DNA from: Octopus vulgaris | Lineage: Eukaryota | Direction: 5' to 3' | Length of the DNA stretch: 64,000 nt | Assembly: GCA_951406725.2 (NCBI GenBank) | Contig: OX597817.1 | Span: forward strand, 42,718,001-42,782,000 | Shown: positions 1 through 16,000 of the stretch, piece by piece | Numbering within the stretch: position 1 is the first letter of the stretch | How the letters are laid out: the number at the start of each line of letters is the position of its first letter | Position numbers and translations under genes: made by a program | The notes under the pieces: model-generated | Database searches by the model: none | Seen by the model: the letters and a program-made list of their open reading frames with translations, nothing else | What the model was told of the DNA's origin: nothing

Positions 1-69
1 CCTTTAATCATTTTGTTTGTAAATAAAGTAAAATTGCCTTTTATAATAAGACTCAGTATCTTTGCTGTT

Positions 70-750
70 TGTATATATAAGCATTTTTAAGAGTTATTGC
101 AAAATAATATGTTTAAAAATGGAATATGATGAGTTTAAAATCGTTGAGCTTTTTCTTTTATATAAGGAAAAATATGCATTAAAAAAAGTTGTCATAGACT
201 TTCAACCTTTCTGTCTTTTTGTCTATGGCTTAACATGAAAAAGAAATACGTTTTCTGCTTTCCTTTCTTAGCCATTATCCAGTTTTGGCTGTAACTCCGC
301 CCTTCGACACACGAAAATTGTTAAAATATACACACCACGCGCTATATAACTCGATATGAATGACTATACATACATCCCAAATGTACTTACATAACTATAT
401 CAAAATAATATATATATATAGATATACATGAGTGTGGTGAGATGTACTGGAAAAGATGCACCAGATCAATTACTGCATTAATAATATTGAAATAAGATTA
501 TGCTGACTTTTCCGATAGCAGGCAATGAGGGTTAAATCCAAGCTCTGCTAGTTCCTCAACAGTCAATTATTTTTCCACCAGGGTCAATGTAACAATCTTG
601 TTATTTTTCTTATGGCCAGATTACCACCATTGACACTGCCTTACGCCTTATTGTAGTAAATTTCTTGTACTTGCAACATTTACTATTCTTTATATTTCAG
701 CCTTGAGGTTGTGGCCATGCTGGATCATGTGTGTGTGTGTGTGTGTGTGT
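70..750 (+). repeat. Deletion-riddled collinear copy of ~1355-2670
   Basis: Short blocks such as TGCTGACTTTTCCGATAGCA, CCACCATTGACACTGCCTTACGC and TTCAGCCTTGAGGTTGTGGCCATGCTGGATCATGTG match the left arm of the foldback (exactly or nearly so) in the same order, compressed to about half length. Confidence 0.8.
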
Positions 751-1312
751 CTATCTGTCTGTCTATCTGTATATATATATGTATATGTATTTTCAACACA
801 ATTAAACATTTTTTCAGATCATTCTATGTTAATTGTTTCATACTGTGTTCTTATGTGTGTGTATGTGTGTGTATGTATGTGTATGTAATGTATGTATGTA
901 TATTTATGTATTATGTATGTGTGTGTGATGTATGTGTGTGTGTATGTATGTATGTATGTATGTATGTATGTATGTATGGGTGTTTTTACAGATGTAAAAG
1001 TAATAAAAAAAACATTCACTCACTTTGCTCTCCCTCACAAGACTCATGTTTCTATATCGTCATAAGATAAATTTATTTCAAGATAAAAACTATATAAAAA
1101 AAATTTATATTTAATACAAAGTTTATAATTAAAATATAAAAAAAATTATAAGCAAATATTATTTAAGAAAGTATTTTTTGTAAATTTTAAATATTTATAA
1201 TATTTATATAAACTATATGTACTGAAATATTAATTAGATAAATTGTATAGAAAATATATATGTAAGTAGTATTTATAAAAAAGGGATATATATATATTTT
1301 TTATATATAAGA

Positions 1313-1912
1313 CTAGCAGTATCGCCCGGCGTTGCTCGGGTTTGTAAGGGAAATAACTATATAAGCATTTTTAGAGAGTTATAGCCAAAAAATAGCAAAA
1401 AATGCATTAAAAATGGAAAAAATATGATGGTAAAAGTTTTTTAAAAATCGTTGACTCATCGTAGACATTTTTAGAGAGTTACTTCCTTATATAATAGCGA
1501 AAAATGCATTAAAATCGTAGACTCATGTAGACGCTTTCTTAGCCATTTCTGTTTTGGTGTCTTCAAGCCATGAAGTCGTTGTTCTAAAAGAACGCTGGTC
1601 TCCTTGACAACGCATTACGACGTTGATTTCCTTACACTCCCTTCCCCACAGGTGCAGGTGTGAGCGTGGACGCCAACTCCGCCGCCATCGACACACGAAA
1701 AATTATGCATTAAAATGGAATAAAAAATGTTAAATTATTTTTAAAATCGTAGACTCATCGTAGACGCGCGCTAATACTCAGACGGGCTCGATATGAATCA
1801 CGACTATTAGCTACCCGAATTTGGTTAAACTGCACCGCAAAATGTGGGAGGAGTTAGGAATCTAAATCGAAGGGGACAGACACTCACACAACTACAGTTT
1901 TATATATATAGA
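1313..1912 (-). mobile_element. Non-autonomous Helitron (mirror copy of 7238-7829)
   Basis: On the minus strand: 5' TC, 3' CTAG, subterminal CCCG..CGGG hairpin, inserted between A and T. Confidence 0.75.
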
Positions 1913-1939
1913 TATACATAGCGCAGTAGTGGTGAGATG

Positions 1940-2530
1940 TGACAGCAAAGAAAAGCATACATTCACTCTCTGCATGCAATTAGACTCGGAAAGTTCGTGT
2001 GAGGAACCCATTGACCCAATTTGCTGACTTTTCCGATAGCACACAGGTCTCAATGAATGGTTGAATGACCAAATCCAAGCTTCTCTGCTAGTTCCTCAAC
2101 AGTTACGATGTGATTTTGTTCCACCAGGGTTTTCAGGATGTCCTTGTCGAGTTCTACAGATCTTTCAGGATGAGGCTCGTCTTCTAGGCTGTAGTTTATG
2201 GCTCGGAATTTCTGGAACCACCATTGACACTGCCTTACGCTTATTGTCCAATCCCCATATACTGCATTAATATTTCTTTTTTGTACTTTCCGTTGCGTTG
2301 TTGTCTTTATTGAACTCATAAAGCAAAATATGCCAAATATGCTCCTTTGTTACTTCCAACATAGCTTTGAAAAAAGTAGCTGTTAAAATAGAAATGCACT
2401 CTTCAAAACTTGCACTATGAATAAGGACAAGATAAAATTACTACCTGCTTTTATAGCAAGTTAATATAAGTAGTTTATCCCATTCCCCTCTGACTTTTAG
2501 TTCAAGCTGTTGAAAAAACCGCATTATTAT
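1940..2530 (-). pseudogene. Mariner transposase N-terminal remnant (mirror copy, frameshifted)
   Basis: Reverse complement of ~6625-7215; ORF 2050-2319 reads NAVYGDWTISVRQCQWWFQKF. Confidence 0.85.
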
Positions 2531-3048
2531 ATATATATACATACATACATACATACACACACTCTCTCTCTCACACACATGCACACATTTATATTCTGTT
2601 ATTCTTTTATATGTTTCAGCCTTGAGGTTTGTGGCCATGCTGGATCATGTGTGTGTGTGTGTGTGTGTGTATCTGGCACCTGTGTCGGTTCTCACGGCAG
2701 TAGCCACTGACAGCCGAACGATCAAACGCACACACGTACACAAAAAATGTTTTCTACCAACACACACATATATAGAACAGTATACACACACACACGCCTC
2801 TAAGTAGATTTTTTCTCGCCCCTTATAAAACATCCAATATTCCTTAAATAGTCAGAACTTTATTCTCGGTCACAAAGAACATCTACACACCCTCACCCAC
2901 ATGATTGACCGATGCCTGACCCTGCTGGAATTCTTCAGCCAATGTTCACAACATACACTGATAAACAGTTTCGCCATGGGCTCTTAGGCATAGTTCGATT
3001 TGTTTGCTCCGCTCTGTTCTGTTTTTGTTTTTCCAACGGATTTCCTAT

Positions 3049-3135
3049 TTTCTTCCTGAAGAGAAAGACAATATGGTCCCATTATTCAATCGGATTTTGG
3101 TAATTTGTGCCTTTCGAAACACGTGTAGAATGAAA
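3049..3135 (+). ncRNA. Minimal type I hammerhead ribozyme motif (Penelope-like), intact core
   Basis: TTTC-TTC | CTGAAGA | GAAAG...CTTTC | GAAA | CACGTG | TA | GAA-T-GAAA: stem I, CUGANGA core, stem II with G10.1-C11.1, GAAA, palindromic stem III, GUA site (predicted cleavage after 3127). Confidence 0.75.
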
Positions 3136-3191
3136 TAAAACGATTTCTGTTCAATCTGCGTTCAGCTCCATTTCTTCAATTCACCAATAAT

Positions 3192-5957
<2,766 letters not shown>

Positions 5958-6015
5958 ACATTATTGGTGAATTGAAGAAATGGAGCTGAACGCAGATTGA
6001 ACAGAAATCGTTTTA

Positions 6016-6104
6016 TTTCATTCTACACGTGTTTCGAAAGGCACAAATTACCAAAATCCGATTGAATAATGGGACCATATTGTGTCTTTCTCTTCAGGAA
6101 GAAA
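6016..6104 (-). ncRNA. Minimal hammerhead ribozyme motif (mirror of 3049-3135)
   Basis: Minus strand CTGAAGA GAAAGACACAA...TTGTGCCTTTC GAAA CACGTG TA GAA; stem II extended by CACAA/TTGTG. Confidence 0.75.
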
Positions 6105-6624
6105 ATAGGAAATCCGTTGGAAAAACAAAAACAGAACAGAGGCGGAGCAAAAACAAATCGAACTATGCTCCTAAGAGCCCATGGCGAAACTGTTTATCAG
6201 TGTATGTTGTGAACCGGTGGCTGAAGAATTCAACGGGTCAGGCATCGGTCAATCATGTGGGTGAGGGTGTGTAGATGTTCTTTGTGACCGAGAATAAAGT
6301 TCTGACTATTTAAGGAATATTGGATGTTTTATAAGGGGCGAGAAAAAATCTACTTAGAGACGTGTGTGTGTGTATACTGTTCTATATATGTGTGTGTTGG
6401 TAGAAAACATTTTTTGTGTACGTGTGTGCGTTTGATCGTTCGGCTGTCAGTGGCTACTGCCGTGAGAACCGACACAGGTGCCAGATACACACACACACAC
6501 ACACACACATGATCCAGCATGGCCACAACCTCAAGGCTGAAACATATAAAAGAATAACAGAATATAAATGTGTGCATGTGTGTGAGAGAGAGAGTGTGTG
6601 TATGTATGTATGTATGTATATATA

Positions 6625-7215
6625 TATAATAATGCGGTTTTTTCAACAGCTTGAACTAAAAGTCAGAGGGGAATGGGATAAACTACTTATATTAACTTGC
6701 TATAAAAGCAGGTAGTAATTTTATCTTGTCCTTATTCATAGTGCAAGTTTTGAAGAGTGCATTTCTATTTTAACAGCTACTTTTTTCAAAGCTATGTTGG
6801 AAGTAACAAAGGAGCATATTTGGCATATTTTGCTTTATGAGTTCAATAAAGACAACAACGCAACGGAAAGTACAAGAAATATTAATGCAGTATATGGGGA
6901 TTGGACAATAAGCGTAAGGCAGTGTCAATGGTGGTTCCAGAAATTCCGAGCCATAAACTACAGCCTAGAAGACGAGCCTCATCCTGAAAGATCTGTAGAA
7001 CTCGACAAGGACATCCTGAAAACCCTGGTGGAACAAAATCACATCGTAACTGTTGAGGAACTAGCAGAGAAGCTTAGATTTGGTCATTCAACCATTCATT
7101 GAGACCTGTGTGCTATCGGAAAAGTCAGCAAATTGGGTCAATGGGTTCCTCACGAACTTTCCGAGTCTAATTGCATGCAGAGAGTGAATGTATGCTTTTC
7201 TTTGCTGTCACATCT
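6625..7215 (+). pseudogene. Mariner (Hsmar1/SETMAR-like) transposon 5' remnant
   Basis: ORF 6794-7102 (HILLYEF...NAVYG...WFQKF...SLEDEP...TVEELA) followed after a stop by in-frame WVPHEL at 7142-7159; TAATGCGGTTTTT upstream resembles a mariner TIR. Confidence 0.9.
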
Positions 7216-7237
7216 CACCACTACTGCGCTATGTATA

Positions 7238-7828
7238 TCTATATATATAAAACTGTAGTTGTGTGAGTGTCTGTCCCCTTCGATTTAGATTCCTAACTCC
7301 TCCCACATTTTGCGGTGCAGTTTAACCAAATTCGGGTAGCTAATAGTCGTGATTCATATCGAGCCCGTCTGAGTATTAGCGCGCGTCTACGATGAGTCTA
7401 CGATTTTAAAAATAATTTAACATTTTTTATTCCATTTTAATGCATAATTTTTCGTGTGTCGATGGCGGCGGAGTTGGCGTCCACGCTCACACCTGCACCT
7501 GTGGGGAAGGGAGTGTAAGGAAATCAACGTCGTAATGCGTTGTCAAGGAGACCAGCGTTCTTTTAGAACAACGACTTCATGGCTTGAAGACACCAAAACA
7601 GAAATGGCTAAGAAAGCGTCTACATGAGTCTACGATTTTTTCGCTATTATATAAGGGAAGTAACTCTCTAAAAATGTCTACGATGAGTCAACGATTTTTA
7701 AAAAACTTTTACCATCATATTTTTTCCATTTTTAATGCATTTTTTGCTATTTTTTGGCTATAACTCTCTAAAAATGCTTATATAGTTATTTCCCTTACAA
7801 ACCCGAGCAACGCCGGGCGATACTGCTA

Positions 7829-7829
<1 letters not shown>
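7238..7829 (+). mobile_element. Non-autonomous Helitron
   Basis: A|TCTATATATATAAAAC...CCCGAGCAACGCCGGG CGATACTG CTAG|T: canonical TC and CTAG ends, 3' hairpin, AT target, no TSD. Confidence 0.78.
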
Positions 7830-8195
<366 letters not shown>

Positions 8196-8729
8196 TCACA
8201 GAAACAATGATAAAAACATTGATAGAGGGAGAACAAAGTGTGAGAGCTTTTTTTTACATTAAGCAATATATATATCAGTGGCATGTAAAAAGCACCCACT
8301 ACACTCTGGTAGTGGTTGGCATTAGGAAGGGCATCCAGCTGTAAGAACCTTACCAGATCAGACTGGAGCCTGGTGCAGCCACCTGGCTCACCAGCCCTCA
8401 GTCAAACTGTCCAACCCATGCCAGCATGGAAAGTGGACATTAAACGACAACAGACAGGCAGACAGACAGACAGATAAGAAAAGAAATGGAGCAACAATTA
8501 ACAATTAGAAGTTGATCATTGTATTAAAAGGTCATAGTTTAATTGTAGTTGAAAATATAGTTTTTATATATATATATATATATATATCAGGGGTGAAGAA
8601 TCTATGTATAGAACATATGCACTACATGCCTTACTATTTTACCACGATGGATAATTTTTGTGTAATATATAATTGATTATTGATAAATTTCACTAGATTC
8701 ATTGTAGACATATTTACTTTTATTGTTCC

Positions 8730-9097
8730 ATACCAGTGGCACGTAAAAAATACCATTCAAGCGTGATCGCTACCAGCATTGCCTTACTGGCACATGAAAA
8801 AAACATTTGAGCGAGGTTGTTGCCAGTGCCATTGTACTGGCTCCTGTGCAGGTGGCACGTAAAAGTCACCATTTGAGCGTGGCCGCTGCCAGTACTGCCT
8901 GATTGACCCTCGTGCCGGTGGCACGTAAAAGCACCCACTACACTCTTGGAGTGGTTGGCGTTAGGAATGGGATTCAGTTGTAGAAACTCTGCTAGATCAG
9001 ATTGGAGTCTGGTGCAGCCATCTGGTTTGCCAGACCTCAGTCAAATCGTCCAACCCATGCTAGCATGGAAAGTAGACGTTAAATGATGATGATGATT
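8730..9097 (+). mobile_element. Abundant SINE-like repeat with (GAT)n tail (representative copy)
   Basis: Family pattern GGCACGTAAAAAGCACC...GAGTGGTTGGCGTTAGGAA...CCAACCCATGCTAGCATGGAAA...GATGATGAT; further copies near 8280, 11700, 23310, 25335, 26000, 29035, 30025, 34320, 36465, 41470, 43045, 44455 and 47830. Confidence 0.85.
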
Positions 9098-9638
9098 ATT
9101 TTGCATTCTTTCATTTCTCAGTATAAAGTGGTCAACAGAAACATTGGGAAAGGAAAGCAAATTTTTTTAGCACTTCCTTTCAGTTATAGTAAGAGCAGTG
9201 GTGTTATTTTTTTTTAATTCTATTATTTTCATGAAGGGAGCATAAAAAAAGACAGCCAAAACAAAATAGGAGTAAGTGGCTAAGAAAGAGAAAGACAGAG
9301 AAAACAGATAGTTTACTGCTTGCCTTCCAAACGTGTTAAGCCAGTAGACAAGTTGTCCAAAAGAGAGAAAGGTTGACAACTTGTCTACTGGCTTAACTTT
9401 CTCTCTTTTGAAGTGCTGATATTTCTACTGTCCTGTGCAGCAGAAGTCAAAAACTTGCCTATTCAGAGGACTTTCTTGATAATTCTCTTGATACATATCC
9501 CATGTAAACAAAATATTAGATAGCAATACATGTAAATGCATGGATATAAAACAGTTCAAAGAATAATGATACATTATAAAAATCATTTTAGTTTTTCTTT
9601 TTTACAAACAAAGGGGAAATTAAACGGAAAATACTAAC

Positions 9639-9759
9639 TGCATTGATACACCTCCTGCAGAAAACACTTGTTTGTCTTTGATGAAGTTCAATGGAGCAGC
9701 ACCAACATAACTTTCAGGAGGTTGAAGTTTGGGAAATTTATGTACTTTTGCAGAGGAAG
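9639..9759 (-). CDS. LACTB2: LACTB2-like, coding exon 3
   Basis: TTTTTAG| ... |GTTAGT, 121 bp, phase-compatible with exon 2; (A)SSAKVHKFPKLQPPESYVGAAPLNFIKDKQVFSAGGVSM resembles the LACTB2 'KK.P...Y.KDG.V...EG.TL' segment. Confidence 0.75.
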
Positions 9760-11919
9760 CTAAAAATAAAGATGTAAGAAAAATTTCAACAAGGAAGAGC
9801 AACGATATAATTGAAATGCAGCTAATTTGTAAGAGAAAATAGTTTAGACCGATGGTTCTCAACCTTGGGGTCATATAAGATTTTGTTGTTGAAGTTAATA
9901 TGCAATAGATTAGTTGTATTTCTACAATAAATAAAATATTTTAACAATTTATTTACAAATAGAAACGTTATCATTTCTAAATCTCTCAAACAGAGATATT
10001 CAGTAACAGTTCTTTAAAGTAAAGACTATTCACCAAAATAATGGAGCAGTCCTGGATGGGACAAATGTTACTGGGGCTAGACAACAATAACATTCGTCCT
10101 GTCCAGGACTGCCACATTATGTTGGTGAATAGTCTTTACTTTACTTATACAATTCCCAATAATATTTAATTATAAAAATATCAGTTTTTTTTAAACATGA
10201 AATGAGTAGGGTGGGGGGGGTTCTAGCAGACTAAAAGCAGGATTAAAACAGTCCAAAGGCAAAATATAATTGAGAACCTCTGGTTTGGACAATGAATAGA
10301 ATGCAGAGACCAAAACTGAAGGTTGGCATTGCTCAAAAAAAATTGGCATCTTGCCAGTTAGGGGAGCTTTGGTAGACCACGAGGGAACCAAAACGCCCTG
10401 ATGCAGTACCAGGCAGTGGCTCTTGTGGCTTCTGATGTTAACTGATTGGAAATGTTATCATGTACATTGTTTTGTCTTGGTATAAAAGACGGGCTACAGC
10501 AAATATTCTGCTCAATATCACAGTTTTGCTTGTCAATTGCTTGACCTTAACCCTTAGTGGCTGACGATATGTGTATCTCTGATCACGAGAAGAAGTAGTG
10601 GGGAAGCATCATAGCCATGTGCTGAGAGGAATTCTTTGGAGATTGAATAATTCACATGGTGTTTCATTCAACATCCTTAAATAACCCTTATTCAGGGACC
10701 TTTTGGGCAGGATGGGCTACTCAACCTGAAAAAAATTCTAACTGGGCCCCACCTGCAAGGTCATGAGCTGTTTATCTTGATATGAAATCACCATGTTGCA
10801 CACATGTGGCTATGATGTATGTGCCTGGCGTACCCTTATCAGATGGATAGACATGATGTTTATACTGGGCTTCATATATTTTACCCCAGTGTCACTTTGA
10901 TGGCATGAATTGTTCTCTCACTGAATAATAATAATAATAATAATAATGGTTTCAAATTTTGGCACAAGGCCAGCTATTTTAAGGATGGAGTAAGTCAATT
11001 ATATTGACCCCAGTATACACTGGCATGAGGTCCAGTCAGGCAGTACTGGCAACTGCCACACTCAAATGGTGCTTTTTATGTGCCACCTGCACAGGAGCCA
11101 GTCCAGCGGCACTGGCAACAACCTCACTTGAATGTTTTTTCATGTTCCACCAGCACGTGTGCCAGTAAAGCGACGCAGGTAACGATCACGCTCGAATGTT
11201 GCTTTTTACATGCCACTGGCTCGGAAGACAGTTTGTTGCTCTGGCAACGATCATGCTCGGATGGTACTCTTAGCTCACGCTTGGATGGTAATCTTAGCTC
11301 ACGCTCGGATGGTACTCTTAGCATCATGCTCAGATGGTACTCTTAGTGGATGGTACTAATATTTGATTACAAAAATATAATAGGATTCTTTTAAACATCA
11401 AATCGCAATGAGGGTCAAACCAAGTAAAACTGGAATCAACAGAGTCCACAAGTAAAAAACAAATAAGGTTGAGAACTACTGATTCACACAGTCAGTAAAT
11501 TGTTGTAATGAACTAAAAAATCTTGTTGAAAAATATAAAATCTAACTCGTTGAGATCATACAAGGACAAAGAAGTAATTGGACACAAAAGATGCTACAAT
11601 TGGATATGATGCTATAAAAATTGTTCTGGCTACAACTTCTTGTTATGTATAATTCTCATGAAATTTCTAATCCATTTAAGATTTGAAATATGTGTCGGTG
11701 ACACGTAAAAAGCACACACTACATTCACGGAGTGGTTGGCGTTAGGAAGGGCATCCAGCTGTAGAAACACTGCCAGATCAGATTGGAGCCTGGTGTAGCC
11801 TCCTGGCTGCCCAGACCCTGGTCAAACCGTGCAACCCATGCTAGTATGGAAAACCGACATTAAATGATGATGATGATGATAATGATGATGATACATGTTT
11901 TTGATAAAAACTGATTTAC

Positions 11920-12083
11920 CTTCTTGTACATCTTGCAGAATATTAGCTACACCACCAACGTGGTCACCATGCCAGTGAGTGACGATAATATCACTAATAA
12001 ACCATTTATTCGTCTTCAGCTCTGTCTGAAGCAGTGAAATATATTCAGAGTTATTCTCTTCACCAGCATCAATCAGTATTTTG
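11920..12083 (-). CDS. LACTB2: LACTB2-like, coding exon 2
   Basis: TTTTCAG| ... |GTAAAT, 164 bp; KILIDAGE...IIVTHWHGDHVGG carries the metallo-beta-lactamase HxHxDH motif. Confidence 0.93.
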
Positions 12084-14409
12084 CTGAAAAGATGGAGTAA
12101 TACAACGGAACATGAATTAGAAAAATTAATTTTAAAATGAAATTTATTTCCTTTAAAAATAACAATAATAATTTTTTCTACTGTAGGAACACAGGTGGAG
12201 GTGCATGGCTTAGTGGTTAGGAAGTTGAACTTATGATCATAAGATTGTGTTTCCAATTCTTGGACTGGACGGTGTGATGTGTTCTTGAGCAAAACAATTC
12301 ATTTCGCATTGCTCAAGTCCACTCAACTAGCAAAAATTATTAACCCTGCAATGGATCAGTGTCCCGTCCAGGTGGCGAATTTCTACACCACTGAAACCAA
12401 GAAACTGTCCCTTATGAGCCTGGCATGGCTTGAGAAGGAAACATTTCTTCTTCTTCCTCTTCTATAGGAACACAGCCTGATGTTTGGAGGGAGATGGTTA
12501 ATTGCTTACATTGGCCCCAGTACTCAACAACTACTTATTCTATTCACCACAGCACTCAATTAGTATTTATAAAGACAGATGAAATGCTGCTAAGCATTTT
12601 GTCCAGCATGCTAACAATTCCACCAGCTCACCACATTTTTAATGATAATGTTTCAAATTTTAGTACAAGGCCAAGGGGACTAGTGGATTACATTGCCCCA
12701 GTGCTCAAACGGTATTTATTTCATCGACCACAAAAGGCCAAAAGCAGCTAGGTGGCAGAAACATCAGCACGCTGGGTGAAATGCTTAGTGGCATTTCATC
12801 TGTCTTTACGTTCCGAGTTCAAATTACTCTTTCATCCTTTCAGGGTCTATAAATTGAGTACCAGTCATATACTGGGGTCGTATGTGCACAGAGTAGAAGA
12901 GATTACAGCTGCCAAAAGTCAGATTCAGTCTCCCAAACTAGATAAGTGTATTTCAATTTACTTTTTTACCTGATAAAAACTTCAAGAGTTCTCTCTCTTC
13001 CTTTTCTGAGAGAGAATTATCATTAACACTAATGACTATTTTTCATTAAGTTATAACTACAATGAATTAAAACAATATTTTTATCTTAACACATTCTGTA
13101 ATGTATGCCTGATCACAACACGCGTTTGCAAAAGATAACAACGCAAATACCTTGAGATAACAGACAAGATACAACTAGAAATGACAAGCCTGATGACATG
13201 CTTAACATCCTACAAATGTTGAAGAAGATATCACTATGACATGCAACATTTGCATAATGTTAATCACACTTTGCACGTGAATTGGCAACATAGTGAAATT
13301 ATTGCCAAGAATAGGTACAGGTGTAGCTGTGGAGTTAAGAAGGTTGCTTGCCTCTCGACCATATGACTTGGGATTCAGTCCTACTGTGTGACGCCTTGGG
13401 CAAGAATCTTCTGGTGTAGCCCTAGGCTGACCAAAACCTTGTGAGTGAATTCTGTAGATGCAAACTGAAAGAGGCATAACATATGCATGTAATGTGTATG
13501 TGTGCATCCACATGTGTGTGTATGTGCGCATGTACGTGTGTGTGGGTGTACCCTTGTATACACATCACATGATGGTTGCAAATGAGCATCATTGACATGT
13601 GAGGGTGTCCGCTTGTTCCACATGTGAAGGTGTTTGCTTTCAGTCTTGGAAAATATTCTTTTCTACTCTAGGCACAAGGCCCAAAACTTGGGGAGAGAGG
13701 GTTAGTCGATTAGATCGACCCCAGTACACAACTAGTACTTAATTTATTGACCCTGAAAGGCAGAAGGGCAAAGTCAACCTTGGCAGAATTTTAACTCAGA
13801 CAGACGAAATACCGCTAAGCATTTCGCCCGGCGTGCTAATGTTTCTGCCAGCTCACCACTTTAAGAAAATGTATATATATTCTTTTCTACTCTAGGCACA
13901 AGGTGCGAAATTTTTGGAGAGGGGGTCAGTTGATTAAAGCAACCCTAGTATGCAGCTGGTACTTAATTTATCAACTCCGAAAGGATGAAGGGCAAAGCCG
14001 ACCTCAGCAGAATTTGAACTCAGAACATAAAGACAGACGAAATACTGCTAAGCATTTCCCCCAGTGTACTAACGTTTCTGCCAGCTCGCCACCATAAAAC
14101 ATGGAAAATATTAACTTGCTTAGAAACAGGTGAGGGTTGGTGACAGGGAGGACATCCGGCTGTAGAAAACCTGCCTCAACAAATTCTGTCTGACCCTTGC
14201 ATGCACGGAAATGTGGGCATTAATTGATGATGATGGGAGGAGGAGGAGGTTTAATAACAAGGAAAAAGCTTGTTCCCACATATTATGCAATCTTAGCAAT
14301 GTGTTATAGATATCAAATCTACAGTTTACTACTCCTTCACCATCTAACTTTGTTTCCTCATAACTTCTTTACAATCATGCATATTTGTTTAATAACATTT
14401 TATAGAAAT

Positions 14410-14762
14410 ACAGGCGTGGCTGTATGTTCAGAAGTTTGCTTTTCAGCCATGTGATTCCATTTCCAGTCCCACTGCATGGCACCTTGGGCAAGTGCCTTCT
14501 ACTATAGCCTCTAGCTGACCAAAGCTTTGTGAGTGGATTTGGTAGATGGAAACTGAAAGAAGCCTGTCGTATGTATATGTGTGTGTATGTTTGTGTTCCC
14601 CCCACCATTACTTGACAACCAATGTTTGAGTGTTTACGTCCCCATAACCTAGCGGTTTGCCAAAAGAGACCGATAAAATAAGTACTAGGCTTACAAAGAA
14701 TAAGTCCTGGGGTCGATTTATGCAACTAAAAGGCAGAGCTCCAGTATGGCCACAGTCAAATA
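14410..14762 (+). mobile_element. tRNA-headed SINE with internal (GT/AT)n tract (representative copy)
   Basis: GGCGTGGCTGT...CAGTCCCACTGCATGGCACCTTGGGCAAGTG...CTCCAG(C/T)ATGGCCACAGTCAAAT; copies at ~17690-18095 (-), 24622-25085 (-), 53290-53920 and 53995-54385. Confidence 0.8.
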
Positions 14763-15649
14763 AAAGTATAGTCACGAGACCAATTATTTTGCAAGGAAGA
14801 CCAGTCAGTTATTTCAACTCCAGTATTTGACTGTAAATTCTTTTACAAATATAGGTGCAGGTATGGCTGTGTGGCAAGAAGTTTTCTTCTCAGCCACGTG
14901 GTTACATTTCCAGTCCCGCTGCATGGTACCTGAAGCTAACCAAAGCCTTGTGAGTGGATTTGGCTGGTGGAAACTAAAAGAAGCATGCCGTGTGTGTGTG
15001 TTTGTCCCCCACTGCTGCTTGATAACTGGTGTTGGTGTGTTTATGTCCCCATAACTTAATGGTTTCGGCAAAAGAGACCAATAGAACAAGTTTGTCTGTT
15101 CCTTCTCGAGCCACACCTTGGGGTATAGGTTTCCTCACCTGGACAGGACGCTGGTCTGTCGCAAGTGAGCTGCAAGATGCAAGAGGAATGAGTGAGAGAA
15201 AGAAGTGGCAAAAGAGTCAACAGAAGTTCGCGATTACCTTCTGCCGGAGTCGCATGGAGCTTAGGTGTTTCGCCCATAAACGCACACATACCTGGTCTGA
15301 GATTCGAACCCACAATCCCTCGACCGCGAGTCCGCAGCTCTAGGCCATGTGTTTCCACAATAGAACAAGTACCAGGCTTTAAAAAATAAGTACTGGGGTC
15401 AATTTATTCAACTAAAAAGAAATTTCTCCAAGGCAATGCTCCAGCATGGCCGCAGTCTAATGACTGAAGTAAGTAACAGATAAAAGATACATATTCAGGC
15501 ATGATTACAGCTTTGTGTTCTTCTACCTCCACCAAACCACCACCAACAACAACAACATTTCCTCAACTTTCTTTAGAACACATTTTCAATGAGTATGGTA
15601 CTGCTCCAAATACAGACTTTGGACAGCTCAGGATATCTGCAAGTACAGC

Positions 15650-16000
15650 GATGACGCCCAGTGGTTAGAGCAGCAGGATCGCGGTTTCAATTCCCAGACT
15701 GGGCGTTGTGTGTGTTTATTGAGCGAAAACACCTAAAGCTCCATGAGGCTCCAGCAGGGGGTGGTGGCGAGCCCTGTTGTACTCATTCGCTCCAACTTTT
15801 TCTCACTCTTTCTTCCTGTTTCTTATCCCCAACTTTCTACGCAACTGCTGAGCCTGGATGCACATTCATTCATCCGTCGATGCTCTCGGTGTCAGGGTTG
15901 ACCTGCTTTCTCTTCTGCAGGTCATACAAATAGCAAAGGACCATGTTTCGGACTTCTCCCACTCTGGGACGAAGACCGCTTCGCTCAACAAACGAACAAA
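15650..16000 (+). mobile_element. tRNA-derived SINE; related inverted copy at ~15095-15350
   Basis: A/B-box-like CAGTGGTTAGAGC...GGTTTCAATTCCC; body AAACACCTAAAGCTCCATG matches the reverse complement of ~15254-15272. Confidence 0.65.
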
